DNA from: Spizellomyces punctatus DAOM BR117
Taxonomy: Eukaryota
Direction: 5' to 3' (one strand)
Assembly (NCBI GenBank): GCA_000182565.2
Contig: KQ257463.1
Length of the DNA stretch: 64,000 bases
A model generated the notes under the pieces. That model did not search any database. It saw only the letters and a program-made list of their open reading frames with translations, and was not told the origin of the DNA. The position numbers were made by a program, and so were the translations under genes. How positions within the stretch are numbered: position 1 is the first letter of the stretch; every line of letters starts with the position of its first letter. This document shows positions 25,540 through 38,760 of the stretch, piece by piece.

Positions 25540-26394
25540 TATCAAAAAATAGATACTGGGAACCGATGCTGATCGTGTTTTTTGGGCGGGATTGAGAGTG
25601 GTTCGGAGAGAAACAGCAAAAAACCCAACCACCCAGAAAAAAATCGTTCCGAACCAAAATAGCAAGTGTTCAATGGGGAACCTCCGTTACCACTATGAAC
25701 TTGTACCGCCTTGATGCGAAACAACCATCCAACAAAAAAGATCTTTGCCTTCTATCACACTCCAATGAAACCAACACACACAAAAAGAAACACCCGGCCC
25801 ACCGTATCTATATCTCAACTGTTTTTTTCTTCTCGGGATGGTGGTTCGGTGGGTCGGGATATGCCCCATCCCGATGAAAGGGTGGTTTGCCGTTTATTCA
25901 AATAATCTCAACGGCGTTTAGGAAAGAATGGTATTTTTGTTATACGAGGTTTATTATAAAGCGTCTTGTCATTTTTTGTTCTTAGTGTTGGGCTGCTTGT
26001 GTTTTTTTTGTTGATGTTTGAATGGTGGGGCCTATGAAGCGCGTATTTTCCTTGTTTGCCCTCCGTATTTTGATTACCTCATCTGCGCTTGTATATCTTT
26101 TTGGGATAGCCCAGCTGTAGAAGTTTTTTTTTCAAAAACGTTTTTTTTTTATCTTGGTTTGATGACATTCCTTTGTTTTTTATATTGTGGGATTTTAAGG
26201 ATACATTACCAAACTTTGGAAATCAACCTTATGATGATGGCATGTGAAGCATTGCATGATCGTTTAATAAACGACTCTTGTGAAGCAAAAGTTTGCCAAA
26301 AAAGCAAATGCATATACGCTTCCTTGTGCTGTGTATGTACACCACACAAATTTCATTAAAATAAAAAAAAAACAAGCAAGACATCCTTTTGTCT

Positions 26395-27699
26395 TCAGCC
26401 AAACCCAACCCCATAATCATTGATCAAATCTTCTCCTCCTCCACTCGCAGTTCCCATTGCAGAAGTCCCTAATGAACCCATCATGGTGGATTCTGGGCTA
26501 CTCCCTAATACCATGCCCGGATTAATATCTACAGGCGCATTGGAGGATAACCATCCACTATCCATTCCATTTCCTATACTACCACTAACAGCATCCCATC
26601 CTCCATTACCAGTGGCATTCAGGGCTGTCATGTATCGTTGCATTTGGATTTTCATTCTTCGTGCGGCTGTGACATAGCGAGCGGCTTCAGAGAGTTGTCC
26701 TTCGAGTTTACGAATTTTTTGTTCGTCTGCAAAGGATTTTGATTCACGGGCGACGCGTTCGTTTTCGAGGGATGCGACACGGAGGACTAGACGGTGGTTT
26801 TCGGCTTCCATTTCTTTGATGCGGGCTTCGAGTTCGTCCATTCTTGCTACGCGGCGGAGACGGGATCGGCGGGCTGCTTCCGTGTTTCGGAGGCGTTTGA
26901 GTTGGAGGGCGGCTTCGTCTGATCCGCCTTCGGGTGTGGCATCGCTGTGGGATCTTGCTCGTGTACGGGTTGGGGTGGGTGTGACGGTAGATGATGGCTG
27001 TTGTTGTTGTTGTTGTTGTGATGGTTTCCGTTGGTGTCCTGCCATATGGATGTTATTGGTATTGTTGTGGTTGTTGTTTGACGGTTGGTCCGGTGCAATA
27101 TGGTTCATGTGTTGGGACCGTGGTGTATTGTCTTGCATCCAGGAACCCAGGTTGGGCACCGACGCTCTTCTATCGATTCCACCAAGGACATTATTGTTTG
27201 ATGAAATAGACACGTCGTTGTTGTGGTTTCGTCGCACGGGATTCATACATGGGTTGGGTTGAAAGCCCGGGACGCCCTTTGACATTTGCGGGACCGCTGG
27301 AGGCTGGCCCGACGTTGGTGGCGGCGGAAACAAGAGTCCGGCGGACGCAGCCCACATGTCTCCACCCATATCTGAAAATAACTCCATGGAACCCATTTCT
27401 CCATCCACGGCCACATTTGTGGGAGACGACTGCGATGAATCGTAAAATGTCATTAATGGGTCCAAATACGGCTGCGGCGTTCCGTTAAAGGTGAGCGGGG
27501 GTGGAGATGTCTGTGGGGAAGGCTGTTGGTGAGGATTCGATGCAAGAGAAGCAGCAGACGGAGGTGAGTAATCGCTCGGAGTTTCTGGAGTTGGTAGGAG
27601 GCGGGCAGTCGTCGTTTGGTTCTTGGTGTAGTTGTTGGTAGTGGTGATGTCGTTTCTGTACCACGGCTCCATTCTCTGTTGACCACGCTGGACCTCCAT
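26395..27699 (-). CDS. bZIP transcription factor, GCN4/CpcA-like
   Basis: Basic region KRLRNTEAARRSRLRR followed by a leucine zipper; Q/N/P-rich activation-type N-terminus; first in-frame ATG at 27699. Confidence 0.8.
   Translation of the reverse strand: MEVQRGQQRMEPWYRNDITTTNNYTKNQTTTARLLPTPETPSDYSPPSAASLASNPHQQPSPQTSPPPLTFNGTPQPYLDPLMTFYDSSQSSPTNVAVDGEMGSMELFSDMGGDMWAASAGLLFPPPPTSGQPPAVPQMSKGVPGFQPNPCMNPVRRNHNNDVSISSNNNVLGGIDRRASVPNLGSWMQDNTPRSQHMNHIAPDQPSNNNHNNTNNIHMAGHQRKPSQQQQQQQPSSTVTPTPTRTRARSHSDATPEGGSDEAALQLKRLRNTEAARRSRLRRVARMDELEARIKEMEAENHRLVLRVASLENERVARESKSFADEQKIRKLEGQLSEAARYVTAARRMKIQMQRYMTALNATGNGGWDAVSGSIGNGMDSGWLSSNAPVDINPGMVLGSSPESTMMGSLGTSAMGTASGGGEDLINDYGVGFG
26999..27019. 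repeat. (TTG/CAA)n trinucleotide microsatellite encoding polyQ
   Basis: Run of ttg repeats within the bZIP CDS. Confidence 0.8.
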
Positions 27700-27764
27700 G
27701 AAAAACGTAAACGACAACGTTAAAAGAAAAACAAAAACGAGGGAAAGCCGTTGATCAAGACAAT

Positions 27765-27821
27765 TCAACTGTTCAAAACCGAAGCCAACGAATATCCAAA
27801 AAGCACACACTTTAAAGTCAT
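27765..27821 (-). promoter_or_regulatory. Candidate upstream ORF (18 codons, MTLKCVLFGYSLASVLNS*) in the bZIP 5' leader
   Basis: ATG at 27821 to TGA at 27765, out of frame with the main ORF, lying between a TATATA element (~27885) and the main ATG. Confidence 0.45.
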
Positions 27822-29722
27822 AAAGGGCTGAACGCTTCCTTTTGACTTTCGCTCCACCTCTCACGTGTACAGATATATGTTCTATATATAGAAATATAAA
27901 CTTCCTTTTAGGGAGAGGACCCGCGAAACGGGGCAAACCCACAGCAACAAAGAAGCTCCGAAATAAAACAATATCAAGTGTTCTTTTTTTTTTTTTGTTA
28001 AATGTCCAAATATACGAATTTTGAATAACAACTGCATATTAAGCTATTTGTAAAAATGGATAGTGGACATGATAGATATTGCTCACCGCCAAGTATTGCA
28101 GCTCACTGCCAAAGCTCCAATGTTGGACAACTGCCAAGAGTGAAAGGTTGCTCCCCCATCTCCCCGGAGCCAACAACAACAAGTGCATGCACTCTTGATT
28201 TCATCCAACAGGCCTTTCCTGATCATGCTCCATAATCCACCAAAAAAAATGCTAGCTCCTTTGTCTGTTTGTAACATTTCTTTCAAAACCTTGATGGAAA
28301 TCTGGAATCACCGGGACCTGATTGTTGTGCCCAAAACACAGTCGTTTGAGTTGAATTTGTTCTTGTCCCCATTCAACACAGCGTATGGTTCCTCCGTAAC
28401 CACTTTGATGGTTCCCGGTAATGAAAAAAGGTTATCGGAGGGAAGCCTCCGCCCCTCTTCTCCATGATTCACAGTTGGCGCTCTACATCACGTGAATGGC
28501 TGATGTGGGACAGAACCAGCGGTGTGTTGGGTGATTTGCTAAACAAAACGTGCTATAGTGTTTAAAACCTCGTTGCGGACAAAGAAACTCTAGAACCGTC
28601 TTGAGAGATTTAAAAAGATTTGTACACGGTTTTACAAATTCCGTTTCCAAGTGCTATGCGAGAGAGATCAGCACAGTTTGCTGGCTCCCGTTCAACAAAA
28701 AGGGCGGCGGCGGTCCATTTTGAACTCTACAAGAACGAACAATGTTCCAACCTGCTACGAAAAAAGGAAAAAGATTCGATTTGCGGTTGCGATCCAGGGC
28801 CTGTGACCTCTTTATTACCAGGTGTCCTTTGGGAAATGCAGAACGCTTACTGGTTATGATCATCCCTTCTCAGTACCTGGAAGAAAGAAGATGAACGGCA
28901 ATGATCAGCATCAGGCAATTCATCACCACAGCAACAATTTAGTCATGTAACGTATCATCACGTGCAAGATCATGCTGTGCAGTTGTCTAGGCCCGTTACT
29001 TCCCAGTTCTTGCCCTGGTCGCTTCCGATAAAAAAGCATCTTGCCAAGGAATGCCACCCAAATTGCCCACACACACACACACATACTTGCATCATTGTTG
29101 GTTAAAAAAGGATGGATATCGTCCGCGAGTGGAATGCATATTCTGCCGTGTTTCCGCGCAAAATTCCCGGCCATACGCTTGGGCGCGGTAATAGTGTGTC
29201 TGTTTTTGAACGAGCCAAAAGCGCAAAACGTCATGATTGACAAACTGTGAGGAGGGAAAATGATACAATGTTCCGCCCACATTTACAGTGTTTTGTCATG
29301 TCGATCCATCCTTGTCAAGAAGCATCATGAATATTGCCTTACTTACTAGTATACCATAAGGGATAATCATTGCTCTTGTTTTGAAATGCTGTGACTCTGC
29401 TCACTTTGTCTTTTTGCCTCTTCCGTGGATCCCCTCCCCTCCGAACACTTTTGCAGATCATTTGTATCGGGAGAAAAGCGTGTCCAATAAAAAGCACATG
29501 ATCACACTCGCTTGCAGATCGCTTTTTATTTCCCAATGGAGCATGGTTGTACATGTAACACAGAACGCGTCATTGCAAGGATTTGGAACGCTTGGAACTG
29601 GGCTTCAATACGCAGACATACGTCATTGCGATGTAAACAAATGTAAAATTTTTGTGTGGTTGTGTGAGGCGTTGGCGTTTTGGAATTTTTGCAAGTTTTT
29701 TGTTTGGATTTAAAGTTGTTGT

Positions 29723-29748
29723 TGAGAGAGAGAGAGAGGGAGAGAGAG
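29723..29748. repeat. Imperfect (GA)n microsatellite
   Basis: gagagagagagagaggg agagagag in the long bZIP-PTP intergenic region. Confidence 0.75.
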
Positions 29749-30614
29749 AAGAAAGGGAGGCTGGGTAACAAGAGAAGAAGAAGAAGAAAACGACTAGAGT
29801 GAGGGAAGAAACGCGCTCTTTCAAAACGTGTTATTTTGGGAGATTTCATCATTTTCTGTAGAGAGAGAGATTTTCATCTTGACTTGACTTCCTACTGCGA
29901 ATTAACAAAAAGAACGGCCAAGAAAAAGGCTTGTCGTTTGTGGGCAGAGTTCGAGAGTAGAGCAGTTTTCCTTTTTGCCAACTCTTTTCAAAAAACGACT
30001 GCGGAACTTGCGTCATCATTTTGTTTTATTGGTTTATTGGGCTCCCCCCCCATTTTTTTCATCTTGCAACTTGTTGCTTTCTCTCTTCTTCTTCCCTCCC
30101 ATAACGTTACGATCGCTTTTATTTTCTTTCTTTTGTTCTTTTGGGCGTATTCGTTTCTACGCTCTCAAAGAAGACGGAAAACGAGATATTACGCATCATC
30201 ACACATTACGGGTTTTACGCATTAGTGTTGCTTTCTTGCTTTGAACGCGGATCGCTCTTCTGTTTTTCGGTTATCGAGCCTTGGATTGTGTGATTTCCCT
30301 CGTTTTCCCCATTCTTGGTATTGTGTGTTGGATATCCATCCATTCATGTAAGTATTCTTTTGTTTTTTCGAGTATTCGTTGCAAGCGTATTATTGCTGCA
30401 GTGTTTTCTGGTAGCACTCTCATCTCACCCAGACCTCACCAGATAGCCTCGCTACCGATTTTTATTTCGCCTTTCTCGTTCAACAGCGTTTGCCGTGTTT
30501 TTTTTCCTGCGCACATTTCCCGTGTGCGTGTGTGCGTGATATTACCGTCGTTGTCCTTCAACGACCGATTCCTTGTACAGTCCAACAGAAAACTAGTCTC
30601 CCTACTTTTCAAAC

Positions 30615-33322
30615 ATGGCTACAGTGTGGAGAAATTCTGGCGATATGGAAGGAAGCTCATTGACGCCTGGACGAATGAGTCCAGGCTTGTGTTCTCCCGT
30701 CGTCAACTTTAGCATGGCAAGACCATCGTCAGCGAGGTCGCCCATGGAGTCGACATCAAAAGGCACAAATGGAAACATGGATTATTTTTCATTGAATCGA
30801 AGTAAGTCGATGGTAGAATGCATTGTGTCTGTAGTTGTGTCGTATTGATTTTGTCTTGAGCAGATTCCTCTCACCCAGCTGCAACACCTGCCACACACAT
30901 CAACCTTCCCACATCAACGCCGCTACCTTACCTCACCCCAGCTGCTCCCGCCGCCGACTCACCCTCAGAGTACTTCACTCCCATGATAATCCCCACTACA
31001 CCTTCCCACGGGCCGGCGAATCTCTCGCAACGCACTCCAATCATCAGACCCATTTTCCCACCGGCAACTCCAGGAGCACTACCACCAAGAGTACCGCCGT
31101 CGTCGAGTAACGGCGGGGACCGGTCACAATTCCGGCTGGCTCTTCCCGTGCCAAATGGTGCCGCCATCCCTGCGGCAACGAATGTGGTACCGCAAGACAA
31201 TGGGCAGTCCTATGGAAGCACAATCCAACCCCGCGGTCAGATGCATCTTCCTCTCCCTTCACCACGCTTCAATTTGTCGCTCCCCGTCACGCCAAAAGTG
31301 TGCGGATCGCCGAATTCACCGCCAGAACCGCATGCTTTTGAACCGATCGAGCTGGCCAATTTACTGCACGCGCAGGGATCCCCAAGACCCGCGAGTATTA
31401 CCTCTGCGGAAGGCAATCCTTTGGTCCTCGTTCTCGACATGCGATCGTTTGTGCAATATTCTCGTCAGCGTGTAAAATCATCAGTCAACGTCTGCATTCC
31501 TACAACGCTCCTCAAAAGGCCAACTTTTGGCGCCGACAAGCTATTTGATACACTGGCATCTGACCACGCCAAAGACATGCTCAAGCAGTGGACAAACAAC
31601 ACATTTATCATTCTCTACGACAATGATTCATCTCAAGTGTCGTCTGGTTCGCCACTCATGCTTCTCGCTCGTAAACTTCAGCAAGGAAACACGACCGCGA
31701 CTATTGGATGGCTTCGTGGAGGCTGTACAGAATTTTGTCGAAATTATCCGGACCTCTGCGACAATTCTCCACCACCCGTCGGATCAGAAGGCATTGGATC
31801 ACCACCGGGCGCGGCAGGAGGTCAAGGCCTGGCTCTGCCCAATCTAGCTGGTATGGGAATGGGACTGACTGCCACTGGGGCTACTCCTGCAAAGATTCGT
31901 GGAGGGCTGAACTTGTCTCTTGACCTTTCAGGTCTCGGGCCTCTCACCGCTCCGTCGGCTCTCGGTGCGTTAGCCGCTTCCAGACCTCCGCCGCAACCTA
32001 CATATGCTGCGCATACGAGTGTTCCAAGCAAGAGCCCGACTGAAATATTGAAGGATGCAACTGTGGATCCTGCCGACGTGAATGTGCCGCTGTTCTTGAG
32101 AGAGCTTTTCCAAAAGGAGAATGTCAAGGGGGCTATCGAAGAAAACTTTAATGCAGTCGAAGCCGCCGAAAAGAAGAGACTGGACTGCTCGTTTCGGGCG
32201 AGAACACGCACAGACCCGTTTTCTGTTTCTGATGCCCTTGAAGCCGGTGCAACGCGGAATCGGTACAATAACATTTGGCCGTTCAATCACAACCGTGTCC
32301 GTTTGCACACCCCGACGCTGCCGAGTGTTCAGCCCTCAACGGCTGCACCCGGTTCCGACTACATTAATGCCTCCCACATTGTTTCCCCCGCCGGACATCG
32401 AACCTACATTGCAACACAAGGGCCCATTCCCTCAACGTTTGAAGATTTTTGGCGTATGGTATGGGAACAAGAATCGGGTGTGATTCTCATGTTGTGTGCA
32501 GATGCGGATGTACAAAGGGGAAGTCAGACATGTCACAAATATTGGCCAGAGGAATCAACACCGGTCTTGAAGCTCAACCGAGTCGAAGTAACATTGCTCA
32601 AAGAGAGTAATATCAGCTGGGGCCAAGATGACAAAGCAAAGGGCAGCGACATGGTCGTGCGATGCTTTAAAGTTGTTGTGGACGGCCAAGACGCCAGTGC
32701 ACGAGAAATCTACCAAATTCAGTATTTGGGCTGGCCTGACCACGGTGTTCCAGATCACCCCGACGAAATGCTCCGAATCCAGTACCTAGCCGACAAACTC
32801 CACGGACGCCTCGCCAAACAATCCTCTAGCATGGTCGGGCCCATGGTTGTTCACTGCAGTGCCGGATGCGGACGTACAGGTGCCTTTATCTGCGTCGACG
32901 CCGTCCTAGCCCTCCTAAAGCACTCGGATACACCCTTTACATCATCGACTCCCACACCACCCGAATCCGACCCCCAATCCTGGTCCATTGTTCGCCCCAT
33001 TCTTACACCCACAACATTTTCATCCAATGCCCCGCATGACATGATTCTAGCCTCAGTTCACCACCTCCGAAGCCAACGCATCCTCATGGTACAAAGCCTC
33101 AGTCAGTTTGCATTCTGCTATGAAGTCGTTGGAAGGTTTTGCCGTGTCTCTTCTTTGCATGGGTACGAGGATATCGTCATGCCTCCCCTTATCGAAAAAT
33201 TACTTGATGAAGTGTTTGATGATATGGAAGGTGTCGTTCATGGACGTAAAAGAGAGCGAAACATGTCTACAGATGACCATTTTGAGCGGTTGAAAAGGGT
33301 TGGAACAAGAGGAACAGAGTAA
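30615..33322 (+). CDS. Protein tyrosine phosphatase with N-terminal rhodanese/CH2 domain (Ptp2/Ptp3/Pyp1-like MAPK phosphatase)
   Basis: Rhodanese segment LVLDMRS..SVNVCIPTTLLKRP..WLRGG, then RNRYNNI, DYINAS, YIATQGP, WPDHGVP, HCSAGCGRTG and MVQSLSQF; intron ~30802-30863. Confidence 0.93.
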
Positions 33323-33865
33323 AACGGTTTTAATTATTGGATATGAAAGAAAAGAGTGGGAATGGGGGAAACAGGAAAAAAGGGTTTTTTAATTGGACAT
33401 ACGTATTTTGGGGATCCCACTTTTTTTTTCTTTTTTCTTTTTGTATACCACGTTTTTTTTCTTATCTTTAAAAACACTTGGGGTTGAGATCCTTTGTAGT
33501 CTTGGTTCTACAAACTGTTGAGGTGGTGTGTGTGTGTGGTTTTTTGTTTTTTTTCCTTTTGTGTAATTTGAAATACAAATGATTTGAACTTCAAGGGTTG
33601 CATCCTACAATAGTAGATAATATTATCGCTCTAGAGTTTCTGGATCTAAAGGTTGTATCCTCGGGCTTTACAAACTTGGTCATTTTCTCACTCGTTTGAT
33701 CAGAGTCGACAAGATCCAAACGCAGCTAACAATGTAAAAAACAAAATGACACCGCGACGGAACAAAACCACAAGATCCTAGCCGCACACACTCCATATTG
33801 CAGCATAAATTATAGATGATACAATTACGGCCAATAGTTTAACGGGCCCAGCTTCCCCACCAAAA

Positions 33866-36856
33866 TCACTTGACAAACCGCCCAACAACCACCGTCCTCC
33901 CACTCCCACCCAACATCCTCGCAATATCCCCAAAAACACTCGCACCAACTCCTGCACCCCGCTCATTAGCTCCACACCTCGCCCGCCGCTCAGCAATTTC
34001 AATACACGATTCATGATTCTTATCTCGCAATTTTGGATTGGCGCCCCAAGCCAACAGAGCCGCCACAGTTGTTCGCCACCCGTTGACGACGGCCCAGTGG
34101 AGAGGGGTGCGGGTCCATGTATCCGTTGTGTGGATGTAGAGTGCTGGATTGGGTGAGGACTGCATGAGGAGGTCAATAATGGTCGAAGGGGCGCCTCCTC
34201 TTGCGGCGTGATGAAGGGGTGTTTGACCATTATCATCCGTGTTGGAGAGGGGGTTAACGCCCTTTTTTGTTCGTGTGCAGTCGAGGAGGAGGGATACGAG
34301 GGCTTTTGGTCCGTGTTGGGAGGCGAGGTGGAGGGGTGTCGCGCCGTGGGGGTCCCGCGCGAAGGGGTTGGCGTTGTGGTTGAGGAGGAGTTGGGCGGTT
34401 TCAAAGTGAGCATTGACGGCTGCGCAGTGTAATGGGGTTGTATGCCGGCCACTATGGGATCCACCATCGACGTGGAGGTTGCGCTTTTGCAGGAGATAGT
34501 CCACAATGGTTTTTGCGCCGCGGCCAGAGGCTGTGTAGAGGAGGGAGAGATGGGTGGTGGATGTAGGTTGAGAAGCAGGGATTTGCACAATGGGTGCACT
34601 GCCCGATGAATCAAAATCGCCCAAAGCACGATAAAGGTACTCGGCAAAGTGCACCAATATCGGCCGTTTGAGCAATTCAATGGGTGCAAGGACGCCTAGT
34701 AATTCGCCAAATAACCCATCTCTCGTTTCGGTGTCCGTATCGCCGCCCTGATCTTTTGCGTCGGTCACAGCAGCGCGATTCTTCCACAAATGAGATAACC
34801 GCTGACACGCTCGTAAAGCAGCCAGCGAGTCCCCGCCTGCTTCCATAAAGTGTGTCTGTATCCCCAAAACGCCCACTCCGCCTAGCACCTCCGTCCAGAC
34901 GTCACCGACCACCGCTGTCCAACCACCCATTGTCGCACTCGCATCGTCATCAGCCTCGCTTTGAAAAACCAGTAGAGGTAACTCTTCTTTCGCTAGTACA
35001 CTTCTCGCAATTTTCCCCGTTCCCGTCTTTGGTAGATCTCGTACAAATACGAATCGCGCAGGAACCATATGTCTAGGCAACGTTTCTTCAGACAGAATCC
35101 GTAGGAGCGTAGAGAGCAGGCCACCTCTTGATGATGCCGGTTCGCCGCCATCCAAATAAACATCCACATCCTGGGGAATGCAGAATGCGACCAACTGTCG
35201 CGTCTGATGATAAATGACTGTCACGCTCGACAGCAGAATACTCGTAGCGGATGACATTAACGCATGTTCAATCTCTTCCGTTTCGATCCGTTGTCCAGAG
35301 ATTTTGACCTGTGTGTCCATTCTACCGAGGAGTTTCCATCCATTCCCATCATCTCGCGCAACAATGTCCCCTGTTCGAAAACATCGACCATACACGGGAT
35401 GGTTGATGAATCGTTCGGCAGTCAAGGTTGGCCGATTTAGGTATCCAAGACCTACTTGGTGTCCAGATATCCATAATTCGCCAATTTCTTTGCTATGCTC
35501 TGCAACAGGTAGCATCTCCGTGGGATCCGTGCAAGGGATTTTCTCCCAGCCATGAGGTGACGACATGATAAGGAGAGAGTTACCAGCAAGCGGTGCTCCA
35601 ATATTCTTGCGACTGATTCCTGGGCGGAGGCGGCAGGCTGTTTGATAGACACAGCATTCTGTTACGCCATATGTGTTGAGTAGGACTACCTGTTCTGCCC
35701 AGGTATCTACAACCGACTGAGGTGTAGGTTCCCCTCCAAGGGCGATGACCTGTAACGCCGGCAAACCCTTGGGTCCATACCCTTGAAGCGTGCCAAAAAG
35801 CGCCGGAGTGGTGAGGACATGCGTTGACTGTGTACTAGACAGACAATGAAACAACGCAGTAAAGATAGTGGTCCGTGGAGCCAACGCGACGGTTGCACCG
35901 GCTATCCAGGCTGAGATGAAATCACCCAGAGATGGATCAAACGTGTGAGAGGAGGCAACGAATATGGTGCTTGAAGAATTAATTTGATGAGCAGTGTTTT
36001 TGGCGTGAGAGTACGACGTTAGAGATGATCGGCTAGTGATGCATCCTTTTATGATAAGCTTACGTTAGGTCTGTCGCTACCAGGCAGAAAGGTCACTTGT
36101 TAATTACCTTTTGGTCGACCCGTACTTCCACTCGTAAAATAAATATGCGATACATCGGCTCCAGTACAGGTTGATCCTGCTACCGCTTCATCATCCTCCC
36201 CACAGTTCTTCATCTCATTTGTCAGAGCGTCCAATGTCACACACCGCCCCGATTTCCGTCGTTCGCTCTTTCCCACGGCCTCAACAAGTTTTGCCCGTCC
36301 CGCGTCATCTTTTGCGATAACAACATCAGGATCTGTGTCGTCTATGATGTAGTGCAGGCGGGGATCGGTTGCGTCCATCGGAACTAACGCTTTTGATAGC
36401 GTTTGTTGAATACATTGCTACTTGAATTCACTCTGGGCAGATATACGTACCTGCTTTCGGAGAGCACAGTAGCACCGCGAGCATAAGTATCGGAAGCATG
36501 ATTCCTTCATCCACCAGAATTCCAACTGTTCCCTTCCAAACAACACAGTGTCAATGTCTAAACGTTTCCTATTCATACCAACATTCACAAAGCCGACCTT
36601 TCCGATACTCATGTCCCACATTTGTCTCGCTCTGCTCCAGTAATTTTCCCAAGATCGTTGCAGTTCTCTTGGCTTGGCTCCATACTTGTTGATAGGTCAA
36701 CCGTTTCAAGACTTTGTCCGGTTCGCGGGACGGGTCATACCACAATAGAGCAGTAGCGTTCGGACAGCGGCGTACCTGTGCTGCTATGTGCTTGGTTGGA
36801 CAGGTATCGTTTGGAATGGTGTGCGGGCTTGGATGTGTGCAATCATTCGTCGTCAT
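33866..36856 (-). CDS. NRPS-like protein: adenylation - thiolation (PCP) - ankyrin repeats; multi-exon
   Basis: A-domain cores YFTSGSTGRPKG, FDPSLGDF, NTYGVTE, GELWISGHQVGLGYL, FRTGD, GRMDTQVKISGQRIE and LPKTGTGKI; PCP FMEAGGDSL; ankyrins TPLHCAA, TPLHLAS, TPLHHAA and TPLHWAV. Confidence 0.9.
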
Positions 36857-37119
36857 TGGTATCTCTATTGGTAGTTTACGTTGGGTGTCCCAGATTTGGA
36901 CCACTGGAGGTAGGTAGCAACGCGGTTGCTAACACAATTCGTGAGTGGTTATATTCCATAGGTATGTACTGTATCAACAGCTTAAACATCGAAAGAAAGG
37001 CTTTCCACCCAATATGTGATGAATTGCCGTCAAAGGCGCTATGCATATACAAGATACAAAATGATACATGATGCAGTCTACTCATCTAAGACTCCTATGC
37101 TACTCCTAAAGAAAATATA

Positions 37120-37837
37120 TCAAACTGTAAAGCCATGCCCAACAAGACCGTCCAGGGCAGACTTACCTTTCTTCCTATGAACAATCTCGACCCCCAACAA
37201 CTTTACAAACTCTTTCAAAAGGGATTGATGACCCGGCCAAGCAGGCGATGACACCAAGTTACCATGCACAATCGCATCAGTTGCTGGCACTTGCTTATAC
37301 TTTCCACCAGCCAGTTCAATTTCGGGAGCACAAGCCGGGTACCCCGTGCACTCTGTTCCCTGCAATACCTTTGCAGCAGCCAAGATCTGCAATCCATGAC
37401 AAATCGCCGCAACAGGTTTCTTCGCGGCAAAAAACGCTTTGACGATCTCCAGGACTTTCTGATTCAGTCGCAAGTACTCTGGCGCCCGTCCGCCTGGCAC
37501 AAAGAGTCCGTCATAATGCTCCAGCACAACAGAGTACAAATCCGCGTTGACTTGAAATTTGTGTCCCGGTTTCTCCGTATAGGTTTGGAAGCCTTCGAAA
37601 TCGTGCACGGCTGTAATGACCGTTTCTCCGGGTTTTTTGTCTGGACAGACAGTATCAACTTTGAAACCAAAGGCTTCAAGGGCTTGGTAGGGGACCTAGT
37701 ATACCAAAACCGAACTTGCGTGAGTATCTTTGCGTGCGCTTACACCAAGTGCCAACCCTCCCCAAGTAGAAACATACCATAACTTCGTAGTCCTCGACAA
37801 AGTCACCAACAATCATGAGAATCTTACGCTCAGACAT
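37120..37837 (-). CDS. DJ-1/PfpI family protein (glyoxalase III/deglycase-like); 2 exons
   Basis: [51 protein letters not shown], catalytic AICHG and AWPGH. Confidence 0.9.
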
Positions 37838-38760
37838 GTTTATTCAATCTTTACTCGATAATGGAAGAACAAGGGGAACACGTGTAGCGATGAAGATGTG
37901 TAGAAATGTTTTGCGAGCGAGGCTCTCCAACTACGAAAATGGTACGTCCCAGATCATTACGTACAAAGCTGTGACACGCGACTGTCAGTTTGCATTTTGC
38001 AGAACAAGCCGGACTTCCGGCAAATGTCCGAAAGCCTGCTGTGCAATTTCTTTTTCTTTTTTTTTTTTTTACATCGGTCTCATACGGATAAGATGAAGAA
38101 GAAAAAATAATGTCAAAAATCTCGGCTCTCTGCCAAAAAAAAACGATATGGGCTGAAATGGATTATCAACACGGTTGAATAGTTTGCCGCGATGAAAACT
38201 GCATGGCCAAAAAGATTAGATCTGTCAAGAGACACGACGATGAAAAAAAAGCCGACATGTCAACAAAAGCTCAAGCAGATTCCTGGTTCAAAAGATGATG
38301 ATAAGGTCAGCACGCTAATGTCCCTACAGGCTTGTCAAGTATTGTGACATATCGGGTGCTTCCTACTCGACTAGAACCAGGCTTACCCCATCATTTCCTT
38401 TTCTGAGCTACCTTTGGCTTTGCATTCATTTCAAGACGATTTGAAACAAAACATTACGCAAGTAGCTCCCAAAAATCTTGCTAAAGTATAGTATTGATTC
38501 GATGGGATTATAGCATCATTGATGCAAGTGGCACAATGATGTTAACCACGACAAAGTCCGGGTCAAATCTCGGCTCAGAATAACTTTGAGGAAGGTAACA
38601 TTGAAACGAGCTAGATTATGAACAAAATATCGTCGGCAATATCATTGCCGACGACAACCGTGAACCAAATATAATGATTTTTTATAGCCTCTTACAATCC
38701 CCAAAAAATAACTGTACATCCTCCCAAATAATGCCACTCATCGTAACAGCTAACTACATG

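Noticed and set aside
33778-34689. 303-aa alternative-frame ORF overlapping the ankyrin region, and similar antisense ORFs over other genes
   Set aside because: Shadow ORFs of real coding sequence with no independent motifs.
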